The notes below the pieces were generated by a model. The model worked only from the letters and a program-made list of their open reading frames with translations. It was not told where the DNA came from and ran no database searches. 64,000 nt of DNA from Octopus sinensis (Eukaryota), in assembly GCF_006345805.1 (NCBI RefSeq), contig NC_042998.1, positions 5,332,001-5,396,000 on the forward strand. The letters are read 5' to 3'. Position 1 is the first letter of the stretch, and every line of letters begins with the position of its first letter. A program made the translations under genes and the position numbers. This document shows, piece after piece, positions 51,978 through 64,000 of the stretch.

Positions 51978-52220
51978 GGTGCATGGCTTAGTGGCTAGAG
52001 TATTACCCTCACTACCGCTAGTTCGTGATTTCAATTCCTAGGCGGTGTGTTGCGCTGTGTTCTTGAGCAAAATACTTCATCTCACTTCGCTCTACGATCA
52101 CTTCGACTCCTGACATGTGCTACATCGTGCGCCTGTTCAAACAAAGTCGATTTGATGGAGAGAGAGTGAGCTAATGTGCGGCACGAACATTTGATCCCTA
52201 AAAACAAATCGTTTGTGAAG
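51978..52220 (+). mobile_element. tRNA/CORE-like SINE (family D)
   Basis: A box tggcttagtggctag, B-box-like gatttcaattcc, CORE-like gtgttcttgagcaaaatacttcatctcac. Confidence 0.65.
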
Positions 52221-53920
52221 GTCGTTTAGCAAAAGATGGACGCTCATACGTACTCTTCGACGAGAGAAGCCATCATACGCACACACACACGAGTGAGTAG
52301 GCAAACGAAAGAAAAATGCGCTCAACACACTTGGTAGCAATTATGTACATTATTATTATTTAAAACACTTTGATTCGGTTCCACGCAGGTTTCTGACAGA
52401 AACCCGGCTTCTTCGTGTCAGAATCATCGGTTTGAAGCTGTTTGTGATGTTCCTTTCTTTCAGATCCTTCCTCAGTAACGACGCTACTCACCTGCTGGTT
52501 TGCTACCAGCTACAGAAAACAGCTGTCAACAAGCGATTTATTCATTGTGCAGAAGCTCAATACGTTTGTTACTTCTCTGCTGAAATCTGCGTTGTGCAGA
52601 GACCTGTGTTTTCATTCGTGTTTTCTGTAGAATATCGAGGTAAGCATTGAAGTATATATTTTTTTTCTGCGGCTATTCGCAACCAATTCGGCAAAAGGGT
52701 GAAAAACTGCACTTTTCTTTTTGATATCAGATAACAGGCAACCACTACGGTACATCAGGTATCGAAATATTAATATAATGTTATGCACGCGCAGCTACCA
52801 CTTGAGCTAATCAAATGGCATTCATATTCAGAGGCTTCAGAGCATGCGTCCTTGTACATAACTCACCCTTCGGGTTTCGAGTTCCGAGAGAATCTCACAG
52901 CTACTGCGTCATGTGCGGTGCCTTTTCTACACGCCACTTCTAAATCCTTTGACTAGCTTCTCCTCTATTGTTCTCCTTCGCTACTACTCTGATAAGGTTA
53001 ACAGATGTTCTAATTTTTCTCCTTGTCGAGACCTGAAGCTTGGCGTTGGTAATTGGCCCCCATTAAATTACGCTTAACATGTTTGTTACTGTGCTCTCTG
53101 AAATCCTTTTATTCCGGTAAGATGCTTCCAGCTTCCGTTATTCAGCTCACTGGCTGATGGTCTTCTCTAAGCAGCCTGTACAAATCCCGAATTTGTGCTT
53201 TATGTAACCAATTGCTCAAAATTTTGGATTGTGTCAGCAAAATTTGAAGTACGATTATGTACGTCATCTTGTCATGGATCCTTTTCTACATCAGCGCAGA
53301 AGGGATGTTAGTCGAAATTGCTTGAAGTTTGCAAGACTTTTTCTCTGTGCATTCAAATCTAATTTGATTTAATCGATGAAAACCGTCCCCAAACATTTGC
53401 GATCTTATATTAATGTTAGAAGTCATTATCTTTTGACTGGCAGAGTTACTTACGAACTCACATATGTCTACAAAACGCAAACACAAGGAAAGGAAAAGAA
53501 AATTTACATATTACCATACCACTAAAACTTTTGTGTAAATCATAATGATTTCTGACACTAATTTATTAGTGTTATTAGAAACTTAATGTGCTGTGTCTGG
53601 TCAGGGAAAGAATTTAGAAACCAGGTGACTATCCTAATTCTTTTTTTTTTTCTAATTTGATGTGGTGCATTATGAATAATCAGTGGCTGTGATAACTTTA
53701 AAAAAAAAGATAATTAAATTACTGAATGTGAGTTTTAGGAAAAGAGTTTAAAATAATCAAATAAAGGGAGAAAGAAAGAACTATCGGCAAAAGTGGATGA
53801 TACATTTTAGCATAGCAGTGAGTATAACCGAAGAAAATGCGAGAACTTCAACGGTAGCCAAAGCTTAGCTGAGAACTTTATACGTTAGTAAAATGCAAAC
53901 AAAATAAAGAAGGGTATAAC

Positions 53921-54856
53921 TATTGGGTTGTCCGGAAAGTTCGTACAGATTTATAGTAGCTTACCTTTCGACTTATTTTAGAACATGGTTGAGTCTATAA
54001 AATAGGATTTGACTACACCTCCATTTAGAGCACAGTTTAAGCTATCTTTTCGTGGGTGAAGCTTTATGTTCCTATAATCTGTGTTAATTTTGTAACCCTT
54101 TAAAATGGAAGAGAAGAAAGTTCATTTTCGGCATTTGATGCTTTGGGAACCAGACAAAAATTCCTGCAGCTCGGCTGGGATGTGCTACCCCACCCTCCAT
54201 ATTCACCAGATTTCCACTTAGTCAGGTCTCTGCAGAATAGATTTAATGGTAAAAATTTCAATTCCTTGGATGACGTAAAAAGATACCTTGATGAATTCCT
54301 TGCCATGAAACCACGTCAATTCTGGGAAGAGGGTATTTTCAAGTTAAAGGAAAGAGGGAGACGCATTGTGCAACAAAATGGTCCATATTTGATTGATTAA
54401 AAATGTAATGGCAAGAATTTATTGACCTTTTTCTTTCCTTTAAACTTTCCGGACAACCTAATGTGGAAGCACTCCGTCGGTTACGACGACGAGGGTTCCG
54501 GTTGATCCGAATCAACGGAACAGCCTGCTCGTGAAATTAACGTGTAAGTGGCTGAGCACTCCACAGACACGTGTACCCTTAACGTAGTTCTCGGGGATAT
54601 TCAGCGTGACACAGAGAGTGACAAGGCCGGCCTTTTGAAATACAGGTAGAACAGAAACAGGAAGAGTGAGAGAAAGTTGTGGTGAAAGTGTACAGCAGGG
54701 ATCACCACCATCCCTGCCGGAGCCTCGTGGAGCTTTAGGTGTTTTCGCTCAATAAACACTCACAACGCCCGGTCTGGGAATCGAAACCGCGATCCTATGA
54801 CCGCGAGTCCGCTGCCCTAACCACTGGGCCATTGCGCCTCCACGGACAACCCAATA
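53921..54856 (+). mobile_element. Internally deleted mariner element; right TIR interrupted by a SINE
   Basis: TIR tattgggttgtccggaaagtt and aactttccggacaacc(c/t)aat. N-terminus MEEKKVHFRHLMLWE (54105-54149) is fused to the C-terminus TRQKFLQLGWDVLPHPPYSPD...NGPYLID. Confidence 0.9.
54463..54843 (-). mobile_element. Full-length SINE family C with a 12-bp target duplication
   Basis: Flanked by ggacaacctaat (54451-54462) and ggacaacccaat (54844-54855). Confidence 0.9.
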
Positions 54857-55845
54857 CTATTTGTTGAATTAAGATGATTGTGTAAAACAGCACTTTATTA
54901 TGTTTCTGAAAAATGATTAAAGTGACTCAATGTAAGATATTACTGAGACGAATTTGCATATTTGCACGTATGTGGCACCAATGCACACGAGAGTCACTTG
55001 ACTATGTATCACAATTATCAGAAAAAAAAGATATATGACGATTCAACTTCAAATGTAGGAAGAAAATTATTTGTGAATTTTCTTATGAATTCAATGAAAA
55101 TTTATCAGAATTCTTCCCTCTAGAGTTACCATGTGCACTAGAAGCAGTGTTCTCCCATGATCTCCTCTGTTTATCGAAAAAGGGAGAGATAGCATTGTTA
55201 AGAACTAATGCATTGAGAGGAAAATAATTGAATGCTTGGCACTACCAAACCTCTGTGTCCAGTTCCAAAATACAAAATATATTGTATGGCTGAGAGAACT
55301 ATGCAGCATAATCTCCACCAATCTGTTGAAAACACCAGAGAACGAGCTGGGTCAAAACCAAACATTGTTCTACTTGTTTCAATCATTAGACTGTGGCCAT
55401 GCTAGAGCACCGCCTTGGGGAATTTTTGTCGAAGTAATCGACCTCAGGACTTATTTTCTTTTTAAGCCTGATACTTATTCTATCAGTCTCTTTTGCCGAA
55501 CCTCTATGTTACAGAGAAAGCCCACTGTTTTGTATCTTGTTTTGCACTGTTCCCAACGTATTTAGAGGGACTTTGTAATTAATAAATTAATTGATACTAT
55601 GGTTACTGTATTGCCAAATTGTTATAGATTCATCCAAACGGCCTAGCGGTAGTTTTCTGATCCTTTACACTCTAACTTCACCTTAACCTTTTTATCAGCT
55701 TTACTCAACTCTGGTTGTTTTTTTTTTGTTTTGTTTTTTGTTTGTTTTTTGGGTGTCAACAAAATAAAACATCAGTCAAATATTGGCCTCGATATAATCG
55801 AATATTTCACTCCTGAAAACCTCTGGCCTTGTAACTGCATGAAAA

Positions 55846-55893
<48 letters not shown>

Positions 55894-55894
55894 A

Positions 55895-56056
55895 GAACAA
55901 GTGGAAAGATAAATTTTATTCAACGCATAGATACTGAAGAGTATATATAAAGGATAAAATCCTTTTTTTCTGCTTTAAAAAGAAAAACGCATTTTATCCT
56001 TTATATATACTATTCAGTATCTATGCGTTGAATAAAATTTATCTTTCTACATGTTC
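55895..56056. repeat. Inverted repeat with 66-bp arms and a 30-nt spacer at the 5' side of a LINE-type 3' end
   Basis: 55895-55960 pairs with 55991-56056 (about 3 mismatches). The right arm runs into ggaggtgcaacagcatggtcgcagc...aaaaaaaaaa. Confidence 0.85.
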
Positions 56057-56182
56057 TACAATACAGGAGGTGCAACAGCATGGTCGCAGCTATGAGCTGA
56101 AACTACAGCAAAAAAAAAATACATTTCAACGCTTCGAAAGCAAACTTGCTTGTTTACATGCGACGTATTATTATTATTATTA

Positions 56183-56216
<34 letters not shown>

Positions 56217-56223
56217 AGTGATG

Positions 56224-56284
<61 letters not shown>

Positions 56285-56305
56285 AAGGAGGAGGAGGAGG
56301 AGGAG

Positions 56306-56515
56306 GGCGGTGAGCTGGCAGAATCGTTAGCCCGCTGGGCGAAATGCTTAGCGGCATTTCTTCCGTCTTTATGTTCTGAGTTCAAATTCCGCCGAGGTCG
56401 ATTTTGCCTCTCATCCTTTCGGAGTCGATAAATTAAGGACCAGTTACGCACTGGGATCGATGCAATCTACTTAATCCCTACCCCCAAAAAATTTGAAGCC
56501 TTGTGCTTCCAGTAG
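56306..56515 (+). mobile_element. SINE family B copy between (GTA)n tracts
   Basis: Full head and body with tail B; (gta)n on both sides. Confidence 0.85.
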
Positions 56516-56518
56516 ACG

Positions 56519-56570
<52 letters not shown>

Positions 56571-57211
56571 ATAATTATTTCATATTTTATTAGTGAACAG
56601 AGATGTTGTCTTGGGGTTTGATGATGACAACAAACCACCTCAAATTTGAAGAATCTTTCTTAGGATTCTTAGGGAATGCAGAATTGCACTTTATGCAAGA
56701 CGACAGTGCAAGGCTCAGTTTCGGTAACTTTCAGTCTTTTAGATAAGAACTTGTGTGTGGAACTAGGTTCTCAAACTACCACAGGAAGGAGTGTTTTTTT
56801 TTCTTTCAACAACTTTTCATTTCTCTGGTGAGGTCCAGTACATCATATCTTACGCAGTTTTATACTAGCTTCTATTATACCACGAGATAAGCCTCCACTT
56901 TTTGGTGTGTGTACAACATCTGCTTTTCGCGATGTGAAATAGCAACTCCGTCTTCCTTTAATGTATGTGTGCAATATCTGCTTTTGGCGAAGTATAATTT
57001 CATTTCCGTGTTTCTGGTGTATGTATACACTATCTGCTTTGGGGGATGTAGAATTGTATTTGTATATAGCAGAATTGATTTCGTGTGGAATTTGTGTTAT
57101 TGTTTCTGTTTTATTTTGGTGTTTCGTATTGGATGTATTGAGTATATGCAATGCGAATTGTGATTTGCATTTCGTGTATACTGTTTGTTCTTTACATATT
57201 CTGCTTGTTTC

Positions 57212-58260
<1,049 letters not shown>

Positions 58261-58699
58261 TACTGTGTGTGTATTATATATTCTGCTTGCTGTGTGATTG
58301 ATGTTACGAGTCTGTGTGTCGAATTCTGATTATGAAGACTGCACGTTTCGTGGATTGCTTTATATTATTGGGTAGCAATTGCGTAGAAGTTGAGCTGTGT
58401 TAGTTGTTGATGTTTACAGTGCGGAATATTGATTATATCAGGGTATGTTGTTGTATTACTTTATTGAGCGTTGATTGCATAGACTGTGTTGTCTATAGAG
58501 AATATGCTGATGTCGTGTAATTGGATCGAAAACGCTATGTGTAGAATGGACGTTGCGCCAAGCAGAGCCCTCTTGTGGAGTGTATATAAAGTTGCGAGCC
58601 TTATTATGGCTACATGATTTTGTTTATAATTTATGAAGATATTTATACTGTGACAGCTTCTCGATCTTCTTTGAGATGTTTTGCATTTCATTCTTACAC

Positions 58700-59140
58700 T
58701 CTCTCTCTTTTACTCTTTTACTCTTATACTTGTTTCAGTCATTTGACTGCGGCCATGCTGGAGCACCACCTTTAGTCGAGCAAATCGACCCCGGGACTTA
58801 TTCTTTTGTAAGCCCAGTACTTATTCTATCGGTCTCTTATTGCCGAACCGCTAAGTGACGGGGACATAAACTCACCAGCATCGGTTGTCAAGCAATGCTA
58901 GGGGGACAGACACACAAACACACACACGCATATATATATATATATATTATATATATATATATATTATATATACATATATACGACGGGCTTCTTTCAGTTT
59001 CCGTCTACCAAATCCAGTCACAAGGCTTTGGTCAGCCCGAGGCTATAGTAGAAGACACTTGCCCCAAGGTGCCACACAGTGGGACTGAACCCGGAACCAT
59101 GTGGTTGGTAAGCAAGCTACTTACCACACAGCCACTCCCG
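58700..59140 (-). mobile_element. SINE family A, full length
   Basis: Reverse-complement family A copy. Confidence 0.85.
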
Positions 59141-59779
59141 CGCCAACAAAGTACATCAAAATAGAACGATACATTCGACCGTTCTACTGCCTTCTAATTC
59201 AAAGCCTTCTGTATATGTTACAGAATAATTACAGCAATAGACAAAATGACATACAATATTTTTTCCCGGCACTTTAAGTTCTGAGTTCCAATTGACTTTA
59301 CATTCCATCCCTATGGTGTTGAGAAAATAAGATACCAGTCAGTACTGCAGTCGATTTAATGAACTAAACCGCCCCTCACCAAAGACGTTGGGCAGTCAGT
59401 ATATACAGGTGGTCAGTTCAGATGTAACACTTAGTGATATTTGAATGGGTAGAATCACTAGGGACTTATAAATCCTCGTGAAACCTTCAAAATACAAAAC
59501 AATAATAGAACTATGTTTTGTACAGAGAAATAAGATGAAGACTTTGAAACACAGAATCCAACTGTTAAACATGCCGTAGCAAAAGACATTTGCGGGCCTT
59601 CTTCATAGAATCCTGTAAGAACAAAAACAACAAAAACAAATTATGGAATGTGATGCACCAAAGCGACACCAGATACAAACCATGAACCGGCAAATCGAAT
59701 TGTTTCCATCCGCCTTACCAGGAGCAGGCCATGAGACCCAAGACTCCCTCTTCTAATTACAACTAGCGAAAACAAGAAA

Positions 59780-60660
59780 AGTTCCTCCCGTGATTGTACC
59801 ACTCCATCAATTTATAAAGATGGGGACCAAAGGGGTGAAGCAGATTGTCTAAAAAAAATGAAAGCCAACTGAAAAAAAGTTCAAATGACGCGATAAGTAA
59901 TTGTGAAGAGGGATACATCTCCTGTGATGAAAAGACAGTTCCTGCCGAGGCCAAACTCATATTTTATGGAGGAGAGAAGATATTTTATGAGAAGAAACAA
60001 GCCTTTTCTTCTGAAGGAAATGAAAATCGAAGTCTTTCACAAAGAAACCAAAGCTACAATAAAACTCATATACAACATGTGCAAAATATTTCTTAACGAG
60101 GAACTCTGGATAACAGGCAGTACAACCGGGGAGGAGTTCGAGATGATGTAAAACATGGAAATTCTGTCAACCCTGCATGCCCGAGATGCGTGTAGAACGA
60201 GGAAGCTGTTCTTCACGCTTTCATCCACGCTCGTGAATTGGCGACTTTTGGAATTATGTGAACATCTGCTATCTTGTGTGGGTCAGATTCAGCTATCAGC
60301 CGAGTCCATTGTGAAAATCTTTCTACCAACTTCCTTTGACCGAGAAGGACAGGTATTATTTATATGTCTGGTGGCTTTGGCGAAAGAAGTCGTGTGACGG
60401 ACAAGTTTGAAAGAATTGAAGACCGGCATCTTTGACTTGATTCTCATCAACTTTTCAAGTTTCTCTTGAAAAGAAAAATGAGGACGGAGAAGTAACTGCT
60501 GCTTTTGAGTAAATTTACTGGAAAGTGGATGTTAGTGACTAGCATGGCCGCGGTGAATGGGCCTGCTCTGAGCATGGAGGAGAAGAATCGGGGAAGAGTA
60601 GGGTGACCCGAGATTTAATGAGATTTCGTCTGGGAATTATTTTTGTTTGAATTTCCGGTT
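59780..60660 (+). mobile_element. Older L1/Tx1 LINE 3' fragment, paralogous to 37398-38952
   Basis: ACPRC..EEAVLHAFIH knuckle, and EHLLSCVGQIQLSAESIVKIFLPTSFDREGQVLFICLVALAKE versus ERLLSRVGRVGLSAESIVNIVTPPSFKREGRAIFIILVAMAKE. Confidence 0.8.
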
Positions 60661-60804
60661 TATTTCTTTCCGCAATTCTCTTTCATACACGCTTGTTATG
60701 TAATCTGATCCTCGACATTTCGCCATCCCTCGTAGTTAATAATGAAAAGCAGTATTATTATTATTTTTATTTTTATTTTTATTGTTATTATTATTATTAT
60801 TATT

Positions 60805-61195
60805 CAGTAGTTTTATTTTTATAGCATGCTTTCACTTCACTGCCGAGCGCAGCTCTGTGTGCCTTGGGTATGTGCTGTGATTTGTTGTGATGCTCTGATG
60901 GTTATTGTATGGAAAGTGTTCTGCGTAGGATGTGTGCAGTGCCTAGTAGTGCAATTTTCTGTATGTTATATGTGTTTGTAAGTCCTGGTGTTTTTGTTAT
61001 GTATTTGTCTGAATATTTTTTTATCATGCCTAATGCACCTACTATGATAGGAATTGTTTCTGTTTTCAGATTCCACATTCTAGTTACCTCCATTTCCAGG
61101 TCTTTGTATTTTGAGAGTTTCTCCATTTCTTTTAGAGACACGTTGTCATCTGCCGGTATTGATACATCAATTAGAAAGCATTTTTTTCCTTCATG
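60805..61195 (-). mobile_element. 3' end of an R4/Dong-type LINE with restriction-like endonuclease, inside (TAA)n
   Basis: KKCFLIDVSIPADDNVSLKEMEKLSKYKDL...IPIIVGALG...IQKIALLGTAHILRRTL*, a short UTR, and (taa)n on both sides. Confidence 0.85.
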
Positions 61196-61213
61196 TTATT
61201 ATTATTATTGTTA

Positions 61214-61299
<86 letters not shown>

Positions 61300-62306
61300 A
61301 TTATTGTTATTAATATTATTATTATTGTTTTTATTATTATTATTTTTATTATTAATATATTGACATTACTATGATCCGGAGAACCATTAATACTGGTGTT
61401 ATCATCATTATCATTATTGTTGTTATCATTTGGCCATTAAAATTATCACTATTATTACCATTATCATTATCGATATTGTTATTATGACAATAAACTTATG
61501 TAAAAAAAAAAAAACACAATTAAAAGGAAATTAATTTTAAAAATATTTAAACAATGAGATGCCACGAGATAAGTTAAGACTCTGAGATCAAATATTGACT
61601 CCTGCCCTTTCCCAACACCTCTTTCATTGATCATACTCTTTTTATAGTGAACCTGCAAGCTATTTTTCATATGGTATCTATGAAACTCACAAACTTTAAA
61701 TTACATTCATTGTTTCATTAAAGATTTCTAAATGTGAAATCTATTTCTTACTTTTTCTTTTGTTTTTGTATTTTTTATTATTTTTATTTTATTATATATA
61801 TTATTTTTTTCTTTCTCGTTCGTTCTCTTATTCTTTCATCATTATCAATTTGTTTGCTTCATGCGTTCCATTACTTTACGAACGCTCGCAGACACCGCAG
61901 CCACCAAATTAACCAAACAAACTGCGTCGGCATCAGGTCATGCAGTACAATTCTATGTCTGAAAATGGTTAGAGTTAAAAGATGTTGGCATTTCTATAAC
62001 TTTATTTTCAGAGCAGATATCTAAAATAATGCCACAGCAATTGTGAATTGTATTTGTTGATTTTAATGAGGTGCAGCATATCATACGCCACCTAGCGATC
62101 CATCCACCAATGAACCGTCTATCCAATTTTGTTTGTCAATTTGAGGCTGCTATCATGTCGATTGTTGCTTTCATTTCCATCTCCTTCAGAAGTACAATTC
62201 TACGTTCCTCCTCCTCCTCCACCTCATCGTCATCATCAGCAGCAGTAACAACAACAGCAGCAGCATCACGACAGTTGTTAAATATGCATTAACATTTCAT
62301 TTAATA

Positions 62307-62706
62307 CTATCAGTATCGCCCGGCGTTGCTCGGGCTTGTAAGGGAAATAACTATATAAGCATTTTTAGAGAGTTATAGCCAAAAAGTAGCAAAACAATGC
62401 ATTGAAAATGGAAAAAAAATTATGGTAAACTTTTTTTTAAATCATTGACTCATCGTAGACATTTTTAGAGAGTTACTTCGCTTATATAATAGCGAAAAAA
62501 TGCATTAAAATGGAAACAAATGATGGCAATTTTCTTTTTAATCGGTGACTCATCGTAGACGCGCGCTAATACCCAGAAGGGCTCGATATGAATCACGACT
62601 ATAAGATACCCGGTTTTGGTTAAACTGCACCGCAAAATGTGGGAGTAGTTAGGAATCTAAATTGTAGGAGACAGACAGCACACAACCTCACTTTCATATA
62701 TAAAGA
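62307..62706 (-). mobile_element. Non-autonomous Helitron (~400 bp)
   Basis: Minus strand a/TCTTTATATATG start, 3' hairpin GCCCG(agcaacgc)CGGGC, end ...ctgATAG/t (CTAG-like), inserted between A and T. Has an internal ~105-bp duplication. Confidence 0.75.
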
Positions 62707-62734
62707 TTAGTTTAATAGGTATAATCTTAATCAA

Positions 62735-63170
62735 GGCGGCGAGCTAGCAGAAACCTTAGCACGCCGGGCGAAATGCTAGCGGTATTTCGTCTGCTGCTAC
62801 GTTCTGAGTTCAAATTCCGCCGATGGTAAATTTTTTTTTAAATCGTTCGACTTTGCCTTTCATCCTTTCGGGGTCGATTAAATAAGTACCAGTTACGCAC
62901 TGCGGTCAATATAATCGACTTAATTCGTTTGTCTGTCCTTGTTTGTCCCTTCTGTGTTTAGCCCCTCGTGAGTAGTAAAGAAATAGGTATTTCGACTGCC
63001 GTTACGTTCTGAGTTCAAATTCCGCCGAGGTCGACTTTGCCTTTCATACTTTCGAGGTCGATTAAATAAGTACCAGTTACGCACTGAGGTCGATGTAATC
63101 GACTTAATCCGTTCGTCTGTCCTTGTTTGTCCTTTGTGTGTTTAGCCCCTTGTGGGTAGTAAAGAAATAA
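62735..63170 (+). mobile_element. SINE family B dimer (head, unit, GGTATTTCG junction, unit)
   Basis: Junction aaagaaata/ggtatttcg near 62985. aggtataatcttaa flanks both ends (62717-62730 and 63170-63183). Confidence 0.9.
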
Positions 63171-64000
63171 GGTATAATCTTAAGCTTCTGTTAACTTGAT
63201 GTATTTAGTTCGATTCTTTCCACTCTTATAAATAATTTGCAACACAGACTTAACTCATGATTCAGATTTATAAGAGTTTGTAAGGGAGAATAGAACCGGT
63301 CATGTGACGTGCATAACTTTCTCAATGCTTTTCCAATGCAAACAAAACTGATACGGTAGCAATTTAGATTCAAAATTTACCTTCTAATTTCCCTTTCATC
63401 ATTTCTGTAAGAGTACCTTATCGTAACTCATTTCTTTAGTTTTAGTATCGATTGCTTTTTTGTTGTTTTTGTTTTGATAAAATATACTGCAAAGGTAAGT
63501 TATGGTTAATTACATCGATATCAGTTTGTAATTAGTACTCATTTCATCAATAGGATCAAATAAAACAGTAAACCTGGCAGATTTTCGAAACGAGAATGAG
63601 AACTGACCCATACAACTTAAATCGTGAAGCTTTCTACAGCTGTCTTTTCTGCCTATCAGCCATAAGCAAAAGAGTGAATCAATACATTAGTACAAGATAA
63701 CAGATTTGTAAAGGATGGGTGCAACTGATCGTATCAATTATAATATATTTCCAAAGCTAATTTTCTCAGCCTCAGATGAATGTCATTGAAGGTCGACCCT
63801 AGCAGGATTTCAGCTTGGAACACTGAAGTTTAAAATCAAAAACTATGTACTCTTGCTGCTAAATTGGCACTTTTCCTTTGCTCTGATATTGACATCTTAC
63901 ACAGATATACTATTTGAAACTTGTAGAAAAGGAGAGATGCAAACGATTTAATATTCATTATTTAGTCAAAGTAAGGAGGCGAGCGAACAGAATTGTTAGC

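Noticed and set aside
52860-53320. Old LINE fragment (KAQIR-like motif on the minus strand)
   Set aside because: Only one short motif; too decayed to support a call.

Overview
AT-rich, microsatellite-dense animal DNA with no host protein-coding gene that I can support. The repeat content resembles a coleoid cephalopod (Octopus-like) genome, which is an inference from recalled SINE families and not a database result. Most listed ORFs are translated (TA)n/(CA)n/(GATA)n/(TAA)n tracts. The recognisable coding remnants are all decayed mobile elements: a Helitron Rep region, RTE-, CR1/L2-, L1/Tx1- and R4/Dong-type LINE pieces, two Penelope GIY-YIG endonucleases and several Tc1/mariner transposases. 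There are also MITEs and many copies of at least four tRNA-derived SINE families. Three things stand out. (1) Several type I hammerhead ribozyme motifs from different element families are present. One is a perfect 132-bp palindrome (29106-29237) encoding a complete hammerhead on each strand. Another is a 361-nt retrozyme-like unit with terminal direct repeats whose hammerhead carries a U3-A8 swap of the C3-G8 tertiary pair (35121-35565). (2) A tRNA-SINE occurs as head-to-tail multimers of a ~184-bp unit with a fixed junction; an 8-unit array and a dimer are each enclosed by a single apparent target-site duplication. (3) SINE tails are shared with LINE 3' ends in the same window, and two LINEs sit inside specific microsatellites. 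All folding and alignment was done by eye.
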